Positions 1-17,502 of a DNA stretch of 64,000 bases are shown piece by piece; position 1 is the stretch's first letter; each line of letters starts with the position of its first letter. The position numbers and the translations under genes were made by a program. The notes below the pieces were generated by a model that ran no database searches, had not been told where the DNA came from, and saw nothing but the letters and a program-made list of their open reading frames with translations. Location of the stretch: assembly GCF_009914755.1 (NCBI RefSeq), contig NC_060941.1. The stretch is one strand, 5' to 3'. Source of the stretch: the human T2T-CHM13v2.0 reference genome, Homo sapiens.

Positions 1-292
1 TTTTTTTTTTTTTTAAACCTTGTTCTAGTTTTCTGCTTTCATTTGAATCAGTGGGACATTTTTCATAACTCATTTTTATCTCCACTGTTGGTTTGCTTGT
101 TGTACCTCTTTTTCAACTTTTTAGTGATTGCTGTAGGGTTTAAAATATATACCTTTAACTTATCACAGTCTTTCTTCATATAATATTACACTACTTCAGG
201 TATAGTGTACAGCCTTATAGAAGCCATATATTTCCATTTCCTTACTCTCGTTTTTGGTGCCATAGCTGACTTTACTTCTACTTAGACTATAA

Positions 293-616
<324 letters not shown>

Positions 617-1072
617 ACAATTATTTTTTAAAACAATTTAAAAATTAGTCTTAAAGTGTCTTTTATATTTACCAACATTTTTACACTTTTTGTATTTCAT
701 TTCTTTGTATAGATCCAAATTTCCTTCTGGTATTACATTCCCAAAGAATTTCCCTTAACAGTTCTTGGAGTGCAGGTCTGCTAGCAGTACTTCCTTTTGG
801 CTTTTGTTTGAAGAATCTCTATCTTACCTTCATTTCTAAAAGATATTTTTGCTTTATATAAAATTCTAGACTGACAGCTTTTTATTTTAGTACTTTGAAA
901 GTGTCAGTCCATTTTCTTCTAGCTTGCAACATTTCTTTCCGTAAGTCTGCTCAGTTTTTATATTTGCTTTTTGTATGTAATGTTTATTTCCTCTGACTAC
1001 ATTCAAGACTGTCTTCTTCTTTTTAATTTAAGTTTTTAGCAGTTTAACTATGATGCGTCTAGGTGTGTCTGT

Positions 1073-1099
1073 GAGAGAGAGAGAGAGTGTGTGTGTGTG
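1073..1099. repeat. (GA)n(GT)n microsatellite
   Basis: Read directly. Confidence 0.9.
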
Positions 1100-2934
1100 C
1101 TGTAACTTATTCTGCTTGAGGTTCTCTGAAGTTGGATCTATGGTTTGCTGTATTTCATTAATTTTAGAAAATTCTTAGACACTATTTCTTCAAATATTTG
1201 CTCCCATTTTCTCTTTCTCTTTTCCTTCTTGGTTCCAATTACATATATGCTAGACTGTTTTATATTGTCTCACAGCTCTTGAACGTTCTCTTTGTTTTTC
1301 ACTTTGAGTTTTAATTTGGATAATTTTCACCGACATATTCGGGTTCAACAATTCTCCTTCAGTTGAGTCTACTCTACTAATAAGCATGTCAGAGAAATTC
1401 TTTATCCCTGACGTCGTATTTGTACATTTATAGCAATTGACTTTTCCCATTTATAAAATAGTTTTCATTTCTTTGCCAAAATTCTCCATCAGTTCCTGTA
1501 TCTTTTCCACCTATCCCCCACTAGATACTTTATCATATGAATCACAGTCATTTGAAAGTCTTAGTCTGATGTTTCTGACATCAGTATCATCTCTGAGTCT
1601 GGTTCTGTTAATTGCTTTATCTACTGATAGTGCGTTGTGCGTTCCTTCTTTTGTTGCATGTCTCACAGCTTGATACTGAATGTCTGACCTTGTGTGTAGA
1701 GGAACAGTAGGGGCTGAGGTCAGTGATTTTTATCCCAGGAGTGGGCATACTTCTTTGGTCAGATTCTTAGGGTAGAGGCTGTGTTAATCTGATGAAGGGT
1801 TGAGCTGGGCTAAGGTTTTCTGTTGCTATCCCTTCTTTCCGTGTACCACATGCTTTACATTCCTCCAGAGGAGATCTGCTGTTATTTTGTGCTTAGTATT
1901 GGGCCTGCCATACCAGGGAGTTTTTCTTGGTTGTCCTGCTTCACCCTCAGATTTTAGCAGCCTCTGCACACCTGCAACACTGAGGGAGTCTTTCTCCATC
2001 CTCCATCAGAAGATCGCCGTTGCTGTGCCCAGGGTGAGGCTCGTGATGGCATGAGGGCTCTTCTCACTTTTTGTTGATCTTCAGTCTTGGGAAGACCTTG
2101 TGCCTCTGGGCCTCAGGGATGGGACTTTATTGACAGTCTTGGTTCTCTCTCCATGGCAGTCTGACACTCCTTGTGTCTATGGTTGGCACAGGACCCTTTC
2201 TTCTCCCAGAATGAGTAAACCTATGCTTTGTATAAGTGCAAGATTATGGACCTGATACTGTTTCCTCCCCTTCCCCAAGGGCAGCAGGCTTTTGTTTCTG
2301 CTCCTCCCCCAGAATCAGATGGTTTGGCTCTTACCTCTTCCCAAAAAAGTAGAGTGTCTTTGCTTAGGCCCTGGGAGGAAGGGGGTTTTCTCTCTGTCAT
2401 CCCAGTAGCTCAAGGCTTTTGCTTTGGGAAAGAAAGTTCTGAGAAAATGAGAAAGGCTTCGTTCCTGTGACCCAGCTGCAGCTGACCAGCACCTGCATGC
2501 TGGTGCCCCCGACTTGAGCCTTCTTCAATCTCCTGCCCTGTGTCTAGTCTTTCCCATGATCACACAGCTGAGACTTCTGGAAAAGAGCTTGCAAGTGAGT
2601 GCAAACTTCCCTTGCTTCTGGGGCTCTCAATTTTCTGTACGTTCATGCTAGCCTACACTCATTCTTCAAGGATTCATTCGCGTTTTAGCTGATTTCTTCT
2701 TACCTACTTTTATGGTGGCCACATTTTCTTCCAATGTTTTGCCAAAGGTGAAACATTTCATATGACCCATTGCTCCTTAAAAGGATTTGCCACTCTTCAG
2801 AATTCAGTTCACTTGGCTGCCTTCTGAGCTCAGCTCTCTAATGGGCTCAAAAAATGTATAATTTTGTAGATTACCTGGATTTCTTTCTCATAGTGAGGAT
2901 GGGAATGACATTTCTCGGGGGATTTCCGTGTCCA

Positions 2935-2962
2935 AAGTGGAAGTGGAAGTGGAAGTGGAAGT
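2935..2962. repeat. (AAGTGG)4+ hexamer repeat
   Basis: aagtggaagtggaagtggaagtggaagt. Confidence 0.9.
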
Positions 2963-3628
2963 CCCTAAACACGTGAAGTCTGAAGTGATTTGAGGACATT
3001 CAAGCGAACACATGCAGGGACAGTTCAATGTATCTGTCAGGAAAGCAAAACAGTGGTTGAAACTTGTTCCAGTTTATCTATCACTACATAACAAACTACC
3101 CCAAAACATAGTAGCCCACAACAATGTTTATTTCACTCATAAATCTGCAGTTTAGACACAGTTTGGTGAGAAAGCCTGGTCTGTGCTCTATGCAGCATCA
3201 GCTGATTAGGCTCAACTGAGGGCTACAAGATCCACTTCCAATACAGTGGACTCACTCACAGAGGCAGCTGGGATTGACACGTTGGCCTTGGCAATTGGCT
3301 GGGATCTCAGCTAGGTCTGAGTGCTGGTGGGAGGGGCCTCAGTTCCTTTCCATGTGAGCCTTTTCTCACGGGTCTCATCACAGAATATCTGTGCCTGCTC
3401 ACAACATGGTGATGAGCTCTGAGATTGAGCATCCCAGGAGACTCACATGGATGCTGAAGTGTCTCCTATGACCTACCCTTGGAAGCCACATAGCAACAAA
3501 CCCTCCCAGATTTAAGGGAAGGGAACATGGACCCCCATCTCTGAGTGGAAAGACTGTCAAAATCAGATTATAAGAAGAGCATCCTTTGAGAGGCCAATGT
3601 GGGCAGATTGCTTGAGCTCAGGAGTTCA

Positions 3629-3969
<341 letters not shown>

Positions 3970-3976
3970 CACAAAA

Positions 3977-3983
3977 CTATCTT

Positions 3984-4033
<50 letters not shown>

Positions 4034-4055
4034 ATCTATCTACCTATCTATCTAT
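3977..4055. repeat. (CTAT/GATA)n tetranucleotide STR, about 12 uninterrupted units
   Basis: Read directly. Confidence 0.95.
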
Positions 4056-4520
4056 AAATTAGCTGAGTGTGGTGGTAGGCATGCCTGTGGTCCCAGCTGC
4101 TTGGGAGACTAAGATGGGAGGATCATCTGAGCCCAGGGAGGTCAAGGCTGCAGTGAGCTGTGTTTGTGCCACTGCACTCCAGCCTGGATGATGAAGTGGG
4201 ACCCAGTCTCAAAAAAGAAAAAAAAAAGAAGAAAGAAAAAAGAAGAGGAGAAGAGCATGTGGGATTGGAGATATTGATAGACTATTTTTGGAAAATGTAA
4301 TCTGCTTCACAACTCAGATTTAGAAGTAGGCTAGTGAGGACATTGGCTGGATATTAGGAAATTGACTGGGAAATCTTAGAATCTTCTTTGGTTCACATGG
4401 GAGGAGGCTGGAGATAAAATGAAGCAGATTCCAAGCCATCAGTCCTCTGCTTTCATAAAGGTGAGTTTGAACCCCAAAATGTTGAAAGAAATGCGAGAAG
4501 GTGATAGAGGACGCTGGTGC

Positions 4521-4738
4521 CAGAGGTTGAGTGCATGAGTTGGAATTCCAACCTCACTGCTTCTTGCCTGAGTGACTTTGGACAATTAAATAACCTCTTT
4601 GGCCTCATTTTTTCCATCAGTAAAACGTGGACAGTAGTTCCCTCTTCTTAAAAGTGTCGTAAACACCAAATGAGATGATTCATATGAAAGGTCATAGCAT
4701 CGTGCCTGGCATCTAGTAAAAGCATAATATATATTAAT
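4521..4738 (+). mobile_element. MIR
   Basis: Core GTGACTTTGGACAATTAAATAACCTCTTTGGCCTCATTTTTTCCATCAGTAAAA and tail GTGCCTGGCATCTAGTAA. Confidence 0.8.
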
Positions 4739-4739
4739 C

Positions 4740-5028
4740 TTTTTTTTTTTTTTTTTTTGAGACAGTGTCTCACTCTGTTGTCTAGGCTGGAGTGCAGTGG
4801 CACGACTTTGGCTCACCGCAACCTCCGCCTCCTGGGTTCAAGTGATTCTCCTGCCTCAGCCTCCCGAGTAGCTGGGATTACAGGCATGCACCACTACCAT
4901 CTGGCTAGTTTTTGTATTTTTAGTAGAGACGGGGTTTATCCATGTTGGTCAGGCTGGTCTCGAACTCCTGACCTCAAGTGATCCACCCGCTTCTACCTCC
5001 CAAAGTGCTGGGATTACAGGCGTGAGCC
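4740..5028 (-). mobile_element. AluSx-like
   Basis: poly-T plus antisense Alu dimer. Confidence 0.95.
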
Positions 5029-5256
5029 TAGTATGCCAGAACAGAGAGGAATCTTGATTCCAAGGGGCTGTGATGAACTAATCCTGGCGACTTTAGGAAC
5101 TTCCAACTAAAATTTCACAATTTTGAGCTTTAGATAAAAATATATGAGAACATGTTTCTTGGCTAATGATAATAGAACTTGGCATTTTCTGAGCATCTTC
5201 TATGTTGCAGCTTTGAAGTTTATCCTCTCACTGATAGTTACAACAACTCAGATGGA

Positions 5257-5289
5257 AAAAACTTAAAGTATAATAAAAAAAAAAAAAAA
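5257..5289 (+). mobile_element. Ultra-truncated L1PA 3' terminus plus poly(A), inside an antisense MIR remnant (~5165-5400)
   Basis: AAAACTTAAAGTATAATAAAAA is identical to the L1PA end seen at 9021-9042; flanked by GAAAAAA on both sides. Confidence 0.65.
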
Positions 5290-5736
5290 GAAAAAAATGG
5301 ATGCTCAGGGAACTTAAGAAATGTGTCCACAGACCCACAGCCAGGAAACAGTGGAGCAGGAACTCAAGATGATCTGACTTTGTTTGGCAAACTTTTTCCT
5401 TGACCTAGAGAGGGACTGCTGGGAAGAACAAAGGCGAGACAACCCTGGTGCTTTCCCCTAGAGATTTCCCCCGTCATTAATTATCTATTAAAATGCTTCA
5501 GGTTTGCAGCTTCCACTAAGAAATGCAAGAGTATTCCAAGTTATCACGTTTATTAAAAATGATCAAAAGTATCCAGCAATGTTTAATGAGATTCTTTGGA
5601 GACAATTACCAAGGCACTGAAAGCTGGGAATAATTTATTACATGCTAATGATAAAAGTTGAAACTGCCTTAATAAAAAGTTTATCACTTCCAGACTTAAA
5701 ATGTTGGACTCTGACCCTTTTCTTTTCTTGCTATGA

Positions 5737-5919
<183 letters not shown>

Positions 5920-6335
5920 TGAGCTTCTTTTAAAAGCAGAAAAGATTGTGGCCTCACATTTTAGGATGGAGTACAGTGGAGAAAATAGTAACTGAGGGGT
6001 ATTTATGATTTCCTGAAAGGTCTCAGTTTTTTCTACAGAGCATGAAGATGGCCTGGTAATTCTCTCATGGCTCTTGGGATCTCAGTCACTCACTTGTCAT
6101 GTAGTTTTGTCCTGTCCTCTCTGATTGTCCCATGGGTGCAGGGAGCAGCAGAGGGCTGTGGGTGGAGCATGGGGCTCGAGATCAGGAGACTCGGGTTAGA
6201 ATCCCAGCTGGGCCAGAAAACCCTTAGGAGCCACGGGTTCCTGTTCCCATCCATCTTCTCCCATAGTGGCCATGAGGACCAATCCTGTGAACAAATGGGC
6301 ACCAGCGTGCTCCTGTAACCTGGGATATGCTATTA

Positions 6336-6793
<458 letters not shown>

Positions 6794-7882
6794 TCATTTT
6801 CATGGGACTGGGCATTCAGGCCCCGTGTCTAGCCAAAGGCCTGAAGGGTGGTTGTCCTTGAAGTGGTAATTGCTTTAATGGCAAAGGGGTTTGCAGTGTA
6901 CTTTGTAAAAGCCTCGGCCACAGGAGCGTGGAGGCTGCATGTGACACACACCATTCAGGCCTCTGGCTCTGCCATAAACCACTCCAGCTCCAGGAGTGTA
7001 GTAGCGGGGAGCAGGCAGGGGTGCCCAGTCCCAAATGCCATATCAAGATGCACACCTGGAGCTGAGCCCCGGCTGGGCTGCACTCACTGCGTGATCCTGA
7101 GTAGGTCACTTGTCTTCCAGGAACCCATCTTCTCATCTGTAAGTTAGCCCTCACATCAAAATCCCAAGAAGATACAAAGGCGGAAAAGTAATCATGAGTG
7201 TGAAAGTGTCTCGTAAGGTAGAAAACACTGTCCAGACTTAAGGAGTGGCTGTCAAGTCATTGCCTGACCCACGTAGGCCATTGCCAGGTCGTAGAGAGCA
7301 CCTGTTGGATCGTCTTGGCCACAGTGGATGAGCCCCTGATTCAACCTGTACCGGTCATGGGGCTTCCCATGGTGTCCACTGCCCTGGTCAGTGTGCTTAG
7401 CTCAAGGTTGGGCACTAAAGGTAGGCTGTTTTCCTGGGAATTTGGAAGACATCCTATCCTTGCTCTGGCCATCTCTTTAAAAAAGCAGAATTCAACCCAG
7501 CAGTGAGAGAGACCTGTGTTCTGTCTTGGGGTCTGGGGAGCAGAGAAACCAGGCATCTGTGAGAGAGAAAAATTAGGACGGACAGAGAGGAGCACAGAGG
7601 AGGGGTGCAGGGAGAGTCCAGGGGGCTGCATTCCTCCTCCAGCTCTTTATGTCTTCAGGCCCAGGTGCTTCCTACCTATGGGTTCTCCAGGTTATCCTTG
7701 TGTCCTCTCCTTGTATAAACTCCCTCTTTACTCAGGCTGCAGAGGGTCTTCGTTTATTTCAAGGAAAAGTCCTTCTAACTTCTACAGGGCCAAAGCATGC
7801 ATGTATCATACTAATGTCAACCCTGTGCCAGGCCCTTTGTAAAATTAAGTACTTCAAACTTAAAATAATTCAAACTTAAGGC

Positions 7883-8610
<728 letters not shown>

Positions 8611-8805
8611 GCTCTTAAGCGTCTTTAAACTTTTCCATGGATGTTTAATATACGTGCATTAAAGTATGTAAAGTGTATCTCAGGTACACAGCTGGTTAGA
8701 TTTTGTGTACGCCCATGAAACCACTGGTCAGATCAAGACACAAACATTTTTAGCCTCCAGAAGGTACTTTTCTACCACTTTCTGATCAGTTACAAAATCT
8801 CTTCC

Positions 8806-9127
8806 TTGTTCAATTCCCACCTATGAGTGAGAACATGCAGAACACAGGGACACAGGAAGGGGAGCATCACACACCAGGGCCCGTTGTGGGATGGGGGGAG
8901 GGGGGAGGGATAGCATTAGGAGATTCACCTAATGTTAAATGACGAGTTACTGGGTGCAGCACACCAACATGGCACATGTATACATATGTAACTAATCTGC
9001 ACTTTGTGCACATGTACCCTAAAACTTAAAGTATAATAAAAAAAAAGAAAATGAAATGAATTAAGTTTTAAAAACACAGTAGGCTTTCAATAAATGGTAG
9101 CTGTATTTCTTTGGTAGGAAAAAAAAA
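8806..9127 (+). mobile_element. Young L1PA (PA2-4-like) 3' end with 5' inversion and 3' transduction
   Basis: Antisense 3'UTR piece 8806-8840, sense 3'UTR 8839-9046, extra segment 9047-9118, second A tract; TSD AAAATCTCTT(C/T)CTTG at 8794-8808 and 9124-9138. Confidence 0.9.
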
Positions 9128-9940
9128 TCTCTTTCTTGAGGTAACCACTATTCTGACTTATCTAAACAGACATTTTGGGTATGGTTATACATTATCTCAC
9201 TGGTTCTTTTATATTAAAAAAGCTAATTATAAAATGTTTCAAACATTCAGAAAAGCACAGAAGATAATATACCTATGAATCGAATTTCCAGATTTAATAG
9301 AATTAAATATTGTTCATATTTGCTTTTCTTTCTTGTCTTGCATATCATATGTCTAGGTGTGGATTTACTTTTTTTAAAAAGAAGTTTTGTTAGTTTCAGA
9401 TTGAAGAAGTCTGAGGATTCATGTCTTTCATCCGTTATGGAACATTCCAACACATTCTCTCTTCTGTGTTTGTTTATTTTCCCTAACGTTTGTTGAGAAC
9501 TATAGCACACATATAGAAAGGTCCACAAAAGAAAGAAGTATAGCTCCATATTTTATTGATAATGTATCACAAATTTATCACCCATGAAACTGCTTCCAGG
9601 TCGAGAAATAGAGCATTGCCAGCATTCCCAGAAACTGCCCCAAGCTCCTATCCCATCAAAATTAATCATCATTTTTTAATGGCAGTTATTCCCTGGATTT
9701 TCTTTATAATTTTACCACTGAAGGATGCATTGCTAATGCCAAGGTTTATTTTTTTCTGCTTGCACATGTCTTTGTTTTTGGTTTCCTGAGCAACTTTTTA
9801 TCCAACGATCTGTCATTCTTTAAGATCAATTAACCCAGGATCATTAATATCTTTTTTTTTTAGTAAAACTTTCTTTCTGCACTGTTAATATTGTAGTTAA
9901 TTTATTTAGGGATATGCAGTTTTTAAAAGTAAGATTTTTA

Positions 9941-10486
9941 ACACTGCCACCGACAGTGTAAAAGCATTCTTATTTCTCCACAGCCTCACCAGCATCTGTT
10001 GTTTCCTGACTTTTCAATAATTGCCATTCTAAGTGGCTTGAGATGGTATCTCGTTGTGGTTTTGATTTGCATTTCTCTAATGACCAGTGATGATGAGCTT
10101 TTTTTCATATGTTTTTTGGCTGCATAAATGTCTTCTTTTGAGAAGTGTCTGTTCATATCCTCCGCCCACTTTTTGTTGGGTTTTTTTTTTTTCTTGTGAA
10201 TTTGTTTAAGTTCCTTATAGATTCTGGATATTAGACCTTCGTCAGATAGGTAGATTGCAAAAATTTTCTCCCATTCTGTAGGTTGCCACATACCAGGGCC
10301 TGTCAGGGAGTAGGGGGCCAAGAGGAGGGAGAGAGCATTAGGACAAATACCTAATGCATGTGGGGCTTAAAACCCAGATGACAGATTGATAGGTGCAGCA
10401 AACCACCACGGCACGTGTATACCTATGTAACAAACCTGCACATTCTGCACATGTATCCCAGAACTTAAAGTAAAATAAGAAAATAT
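9941..10486 (+). mobile_element. L1PA7/8-like 5'-inverted insertion (antisense ORF2 fragment plus sense 3'UTR)
   Basis: Minus [31 protein letters not shown]...NNRCW is the L1 ORF2p C-terminal region; sense 3'UTR from ~10287; TSD AAAGTAAG(A/C)TTTTTA at 9926-9940 and 10487-10501. Confidence 0.9.
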
Positions 10487-11110
10487 AAAGTAAGCTTTTT
10501 ATTCTAGAATAGTTTTGTTATTTACAGAGCAAGTGCAAAGATAGTACGGAGAGTTCCTGTAGATCCCCACACTCCATTTCTGTTACTGTTAACACCTTAC
10601 CTGATGGTACATTTGTCACAATGCGTAAATCAATATTGATTGACACATGATTATTCACTACATTTCAAGTATCATTCTCATTGAATCACGTCAAGGATGC
10701 AGACTCTCAACACAACATATCGCTGTTGATGTCAACCTTGATCACTGGCTTCAGGCAGTGTTTGTCAGGTTTTTCTGCTGTAAAGTTACCCTTTTTCCCC
10801 CGTCTCTTCCAGTATTGTACTCTTTGGAATGCAGTCACCATATGATGGAGTGGGGAGTTGTGTTCCACTTCCTTGAGGGTGGAGTACCTACATAAATTAT
10901 TTAAAATTTTTCTCCACAAGACATTTACCTCTTCTCTACCATTTATTTACTTATTTAATACTTTCTTTATATCAGGATGAACTCGTGAATATTTATTGTA
11001 TGCTTTGGGTTTTAATCCAATGCTACTTTCTTTATTTTGTGGCTCAAATTGTTCTAGCCATGGCCATTGGGGGTTCTTGCAGGTGACTCCTCTGTCCTTT
11101 CAACACCGTC

Positions 11111-11112
<2 letters not shown>

Positions 11113-11147
<35 letters not shown>
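11113..11147. repeat. (GT)n microsatellite, about 17 units
   Basis: Read directly. Confidence 0.95.
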
Positions 11148-11151
<4 letters not shown>

Positions 11152-11489
11152 GAACACCCCTTTACTTTCTGGCACTATAACATGCTCCAGGCTCATTTTG
11201 TATATTTCCTGCCCTAGTCCTAGAGTCAGCCATTTCTCCAAGGGGTCCTGTTTCTATTATCTGAGAATAGTCATAGAATCCAAGGTCTGGGTACTAGGTG
11301 TGTTTGTTGCTATTGGGATACAGTTGCTATTGGGACCTCTCAAACCAACAGAGCAATGCAATATATTTATATATATTAACCCATGTCCATACACATGCCT
11401 ATAACTATTTCTATTTGTAAACTTCTGTGTCTATTTCAGCTAAACATGCATTCATACTGATGTGTGCAATGCCAATTCTTACAGACTTC

Positions 11490-11583
11490 GCTCAAGCAAT
11501 CCTCCACCCCAGGAGTTCGAGGCTGCAGTGAGCTACGATAACACCTTTGCACTCCAGCCTGGGTGACAGAGCACTGTCTCTAT

Positions 11584-11615
<32 letters not shown>

Positions 11616-11617
11616 AA
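11490..11617 (+). mobile_element. AluJ right-arm 3' fragment with a ~19-nt inverted 5' piece
   Basis: GCTCAAGCAATCCTCCACC (antisense) then CCAGGAGTTCGAGGCTGCAGTGAGC...(AAAAC)n. Confidence 0.8.
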
Positions 11618-12012
11618 CTTGTATACCTGAAGATTCACTCTTTGTGCTGTAATATTCTATGGGGTTTTTTTCATGCACCTTTCTGGCTCCTCCCTTTGCT
11701 TGTCTGTGAGCTCGCACTCACGGTGAGAAACCTGCCCTCGCCGTCCATTTACTTAATTGTTTAAGTTCCATATACGTGTGTCGTGGTTCAGAACTGATAA
11801 CCCACACCTCTATGGGAAACAACTTTATCAAATAGAGCGCTCATGCAGAGTGCTTTCTTTTGCCTTTGGTCTTACAGATGCCATTCATTTCCGAGGTTAC
11901 TTCCGTCAGCACCATTTCCTTCCATCTCCTTCAATTAGGTCCCTTCATATATTCTTAATATAATTAGTTTTTTTGGTCACCTTCTATGTTCCTTCCTGAG
12001 ATCTCCTAGTGT

Positions 12013-12321
<309 letters not shown>

Positions 12322-12351
12322 TCCTAGTGTGTTTTTTAAAACTTTGTATAT

Positions 12352-12626
12352 GGACTGGGCGAAATGGTTTACGTCTACAATCCCAACACTTTAGAAGGCT
12401 GAGGCAGGAGGACTGCTTGAGGCCAGGAGTTCAAGACCAACTTGGGCAACGTAATGAAACCCCATCTCTAAAAACAATTAGGCGGCCATGGTGGCTCATG
12501 CGTGTGGTTCTAGCTACTCAGGAGGCTGAGGCAGAAGGATCCATTGAACTCATGAGTTTAAGGCTGCAGTGAGCTGTGATCATTGTACCACTGCACTCCA
12601 GTCTGGGCGACAGAGCAAGACCCTGT
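12352..12626 (+). mobile_element. AluJ lacking its poly(A) tail
   Basis: AluJ-type motifs; ends abruptly at GACCCTGT. Confidence 0.9.
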
Positions 12627-12916
12627 GGACTAAAGTGTCATATGGAATAATGATGCCGCCTTTAAAAAAATCCCTTGTATTTCAACCATTCAACTCTCCC
12701 TTGACTCATCCATCCACTGGCAACCACTGATCTTGGTTTACTGTCTCTAGCTTTGCCTTTCCCAGAATGTCATATATTTGGAATCATAAATCATACAGCC
12801 TTTTCAGACTGGCTTCTTCAGCTTAGCAATATGCATTTAAGATTCATCCATATCTTTTCATGGCTTAGTAACTGATTCCTTTTTTCAATGAAAAAGAATT
12901 CCATTGTATGTGTATA

Positions 12917-13813
12917 TAGTAAGCCCTCTTATCTTTGAGAGATATGTTCCAAGACTTCCAGTGGGTGCCGGAAATAGCAGATAGTACTGAACCCTACATA
13001 TACTATGTATTTTCCTATACATACATATATACATAAATGACACATTTATACATAAATAACATTTATCTTATAAATTAGCCACAGATTAGCAATGATATCT
13101 AATAAGAAAAATATAAAAATTTTTATAATATGCCAGCATCATTACTTTTTTTTTTTTTTTTTTGAGATGGAGTCTCACTCTGTCACCCAGGCTGGAGTGC
13201 AGTGGCACGATCTGGGCTCACTGCAAGCTCTGTCTTTTGGTTCAAGCGATTCTTCTGCTTCAGCCTCCCAAGTAGCTGGGACTACAGGCGCCCACTACCA
13301 TGCCGGGCTAATTTTTTGTATTTTTTTTTTTTTTTTTTAGTAGAGACAGCGTTTCACCGTGTTAGCCAGGCTGGTCTTGATCTCCTGACCTCGTGATCCA
13401 CCCGCCTCGGCCTCCCAAAGTGCTGGGATTACAGGTGTGAGCCACCGCGCCTGGCCACCAGCATCGTTACTCTTGCACTTTGGGGTCATGATGAAATAAA
13501 GTCAGGGGTACTTGAACACAAGGCTGCAATACTGCAACAGTCAATGATGAGGCTGGCTACTGAATGACTCACAGGCAGGGAGAGTCTATGGTGTGGATTC
13601 TCTGGACAAAGGGATGCTTCACGTAATTTCTCCATCCCAGGTGGGATGAAGCAGAACAACTTGTGATTTCATCACACTATTTAGGACAGCATGCAATTTA
13701 AAACTTATGAAATGTTTATTTCTGGGATTTTTCATTTAATATTTGTGGACCATGGTCGACTTCATGTAACTGAAACAACAGAAAGCAAAATCTCAGGTAA
13801 GTGGGGAATACAG
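12917..13813 (-). mobile_element. MER44 (Tigger7-derived DNA transposon), interrupted by an Alu
   Basis: TIR-like ends TAGTAAGCCCTCTTATC ... GTAAGTGGGGAATACAG, flanked by TA. Confidence 0.8.
13146..13456 (-). mobile_element. AluY/Sc-like
   Basis: Antisense dimer; TSD CCAGCATC(A/G)TTACT. Confidence 0.95.
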
Positions 13814-13988
13814 TACCACAGTTTGTTTATCTAGTCACCCACCTGTTAAAGGATATCTTGGTCGCTTCCAGTTTTTCACAATTATGCATAAAGCTGCTAT
13901 TCACATTTCTGTGCAGGTTTTTATGTTTACATAAGTGTTTAGAATCAGTGGGGGAAAATACCTAGGCAGGAATTTGCTACATGTATTA

Positions 13989-16370
<2,382 letters not shown>

Positions 16371-17502
16371 TTTCAGACATATTTTTGAAAAAAAATCTGT
16401 ACTTGAGTTTTGCATAAAGAGATGCAGATTGTGTGTGTTCCTTTGTGCCTCGTATTTCTTTCATTTACCATTGATTGTAAACATCAGGCCGGTGTGTGTA
16501 ACTAGAGTTTCTTTCTTGTAATCATTTGCATGGTCCATTATTTAAACGTATCACTATTTATCCATTCTACTTATATTGAACATTTGGGCTGTTTCCAATT
16601 TGGGGCTATTAAAAACCACGCTGGTATGAACATTCTTCATGTTTCTGGTGAGCATATGCAACCGGGACTGTTGTGTTGTTGATTTCACACATTTACTGCT
16701 TTTGTTTCTGGGGATTTTCCTTTTTTGTGAGTTTTTTATTTAAAAAATATTTTGTATTTATCTAACTTTCTAAGTATTTGTAGATGGAGGGATTCTGTAT
16801 AAATTTAGTTCATCATCTTTCAGAGCATAACAATCTCATTAATCTTTACAATCATTTTCTAATATGGATGTCCTATTGTTTCCGTTCAATCAATTAAGAA
16901 ATTGCGAGTCAGCAAGATGAATCACTTTGCCTGACTATGTCCTTCCTAGTCAATGGTGCAGCTGAGAGTTGAGTTCAGTCAGCTCTGTCTCCCAAACTCA
17001 GGTTTTCTCCTCTCTTTCCCAGCTGTAAAACCCTCCTGACCTCTGACCCAAAGCTGTGACCTAGATTTTTAAAATGTCTTCTTCCTCCCTCTCCTGCTGA
17101 TCACCTTTTAACAGTGTATCCATGGCCTGGACTTACAAGCCATGCCAATTCCCTCTGCCATAAGCTCAGCACTCAAAGACTTCTACCTGATTCCATGTGA
17201 TTTTCATGCCTTTGACATTTCACACAGGGGGTGGGGGCTGGAAAGGAGGACAAAGGAGAGGAAGAAAGAGGAGAGAAAGCAGGGGAAATAGGAAGAAAGA
17301 GAAGACACTGGATGTGTATACCTTCCTTTCTCCAGTCCAGGGGATAAGGTCAAACCAAGACCCTAACCGAGCTGCTATTTCACAAAAGGGTTGTGAGTGC
17401 CACTCTCTCCCCATACCAAGGGGTCTCAAAATCTAAATTCCTTTAGTCACTTCATCGGTGGGGTCCCTTAACGTGCCACTACACATTATGCTGAAAAGTC
17501 TT

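Noticed and set aside
9986-10321. 111-aa ORF with real protein similarity
   Set aside because: Fragment of L1 ORF2p in an inverted, truncated insertion; non-functional
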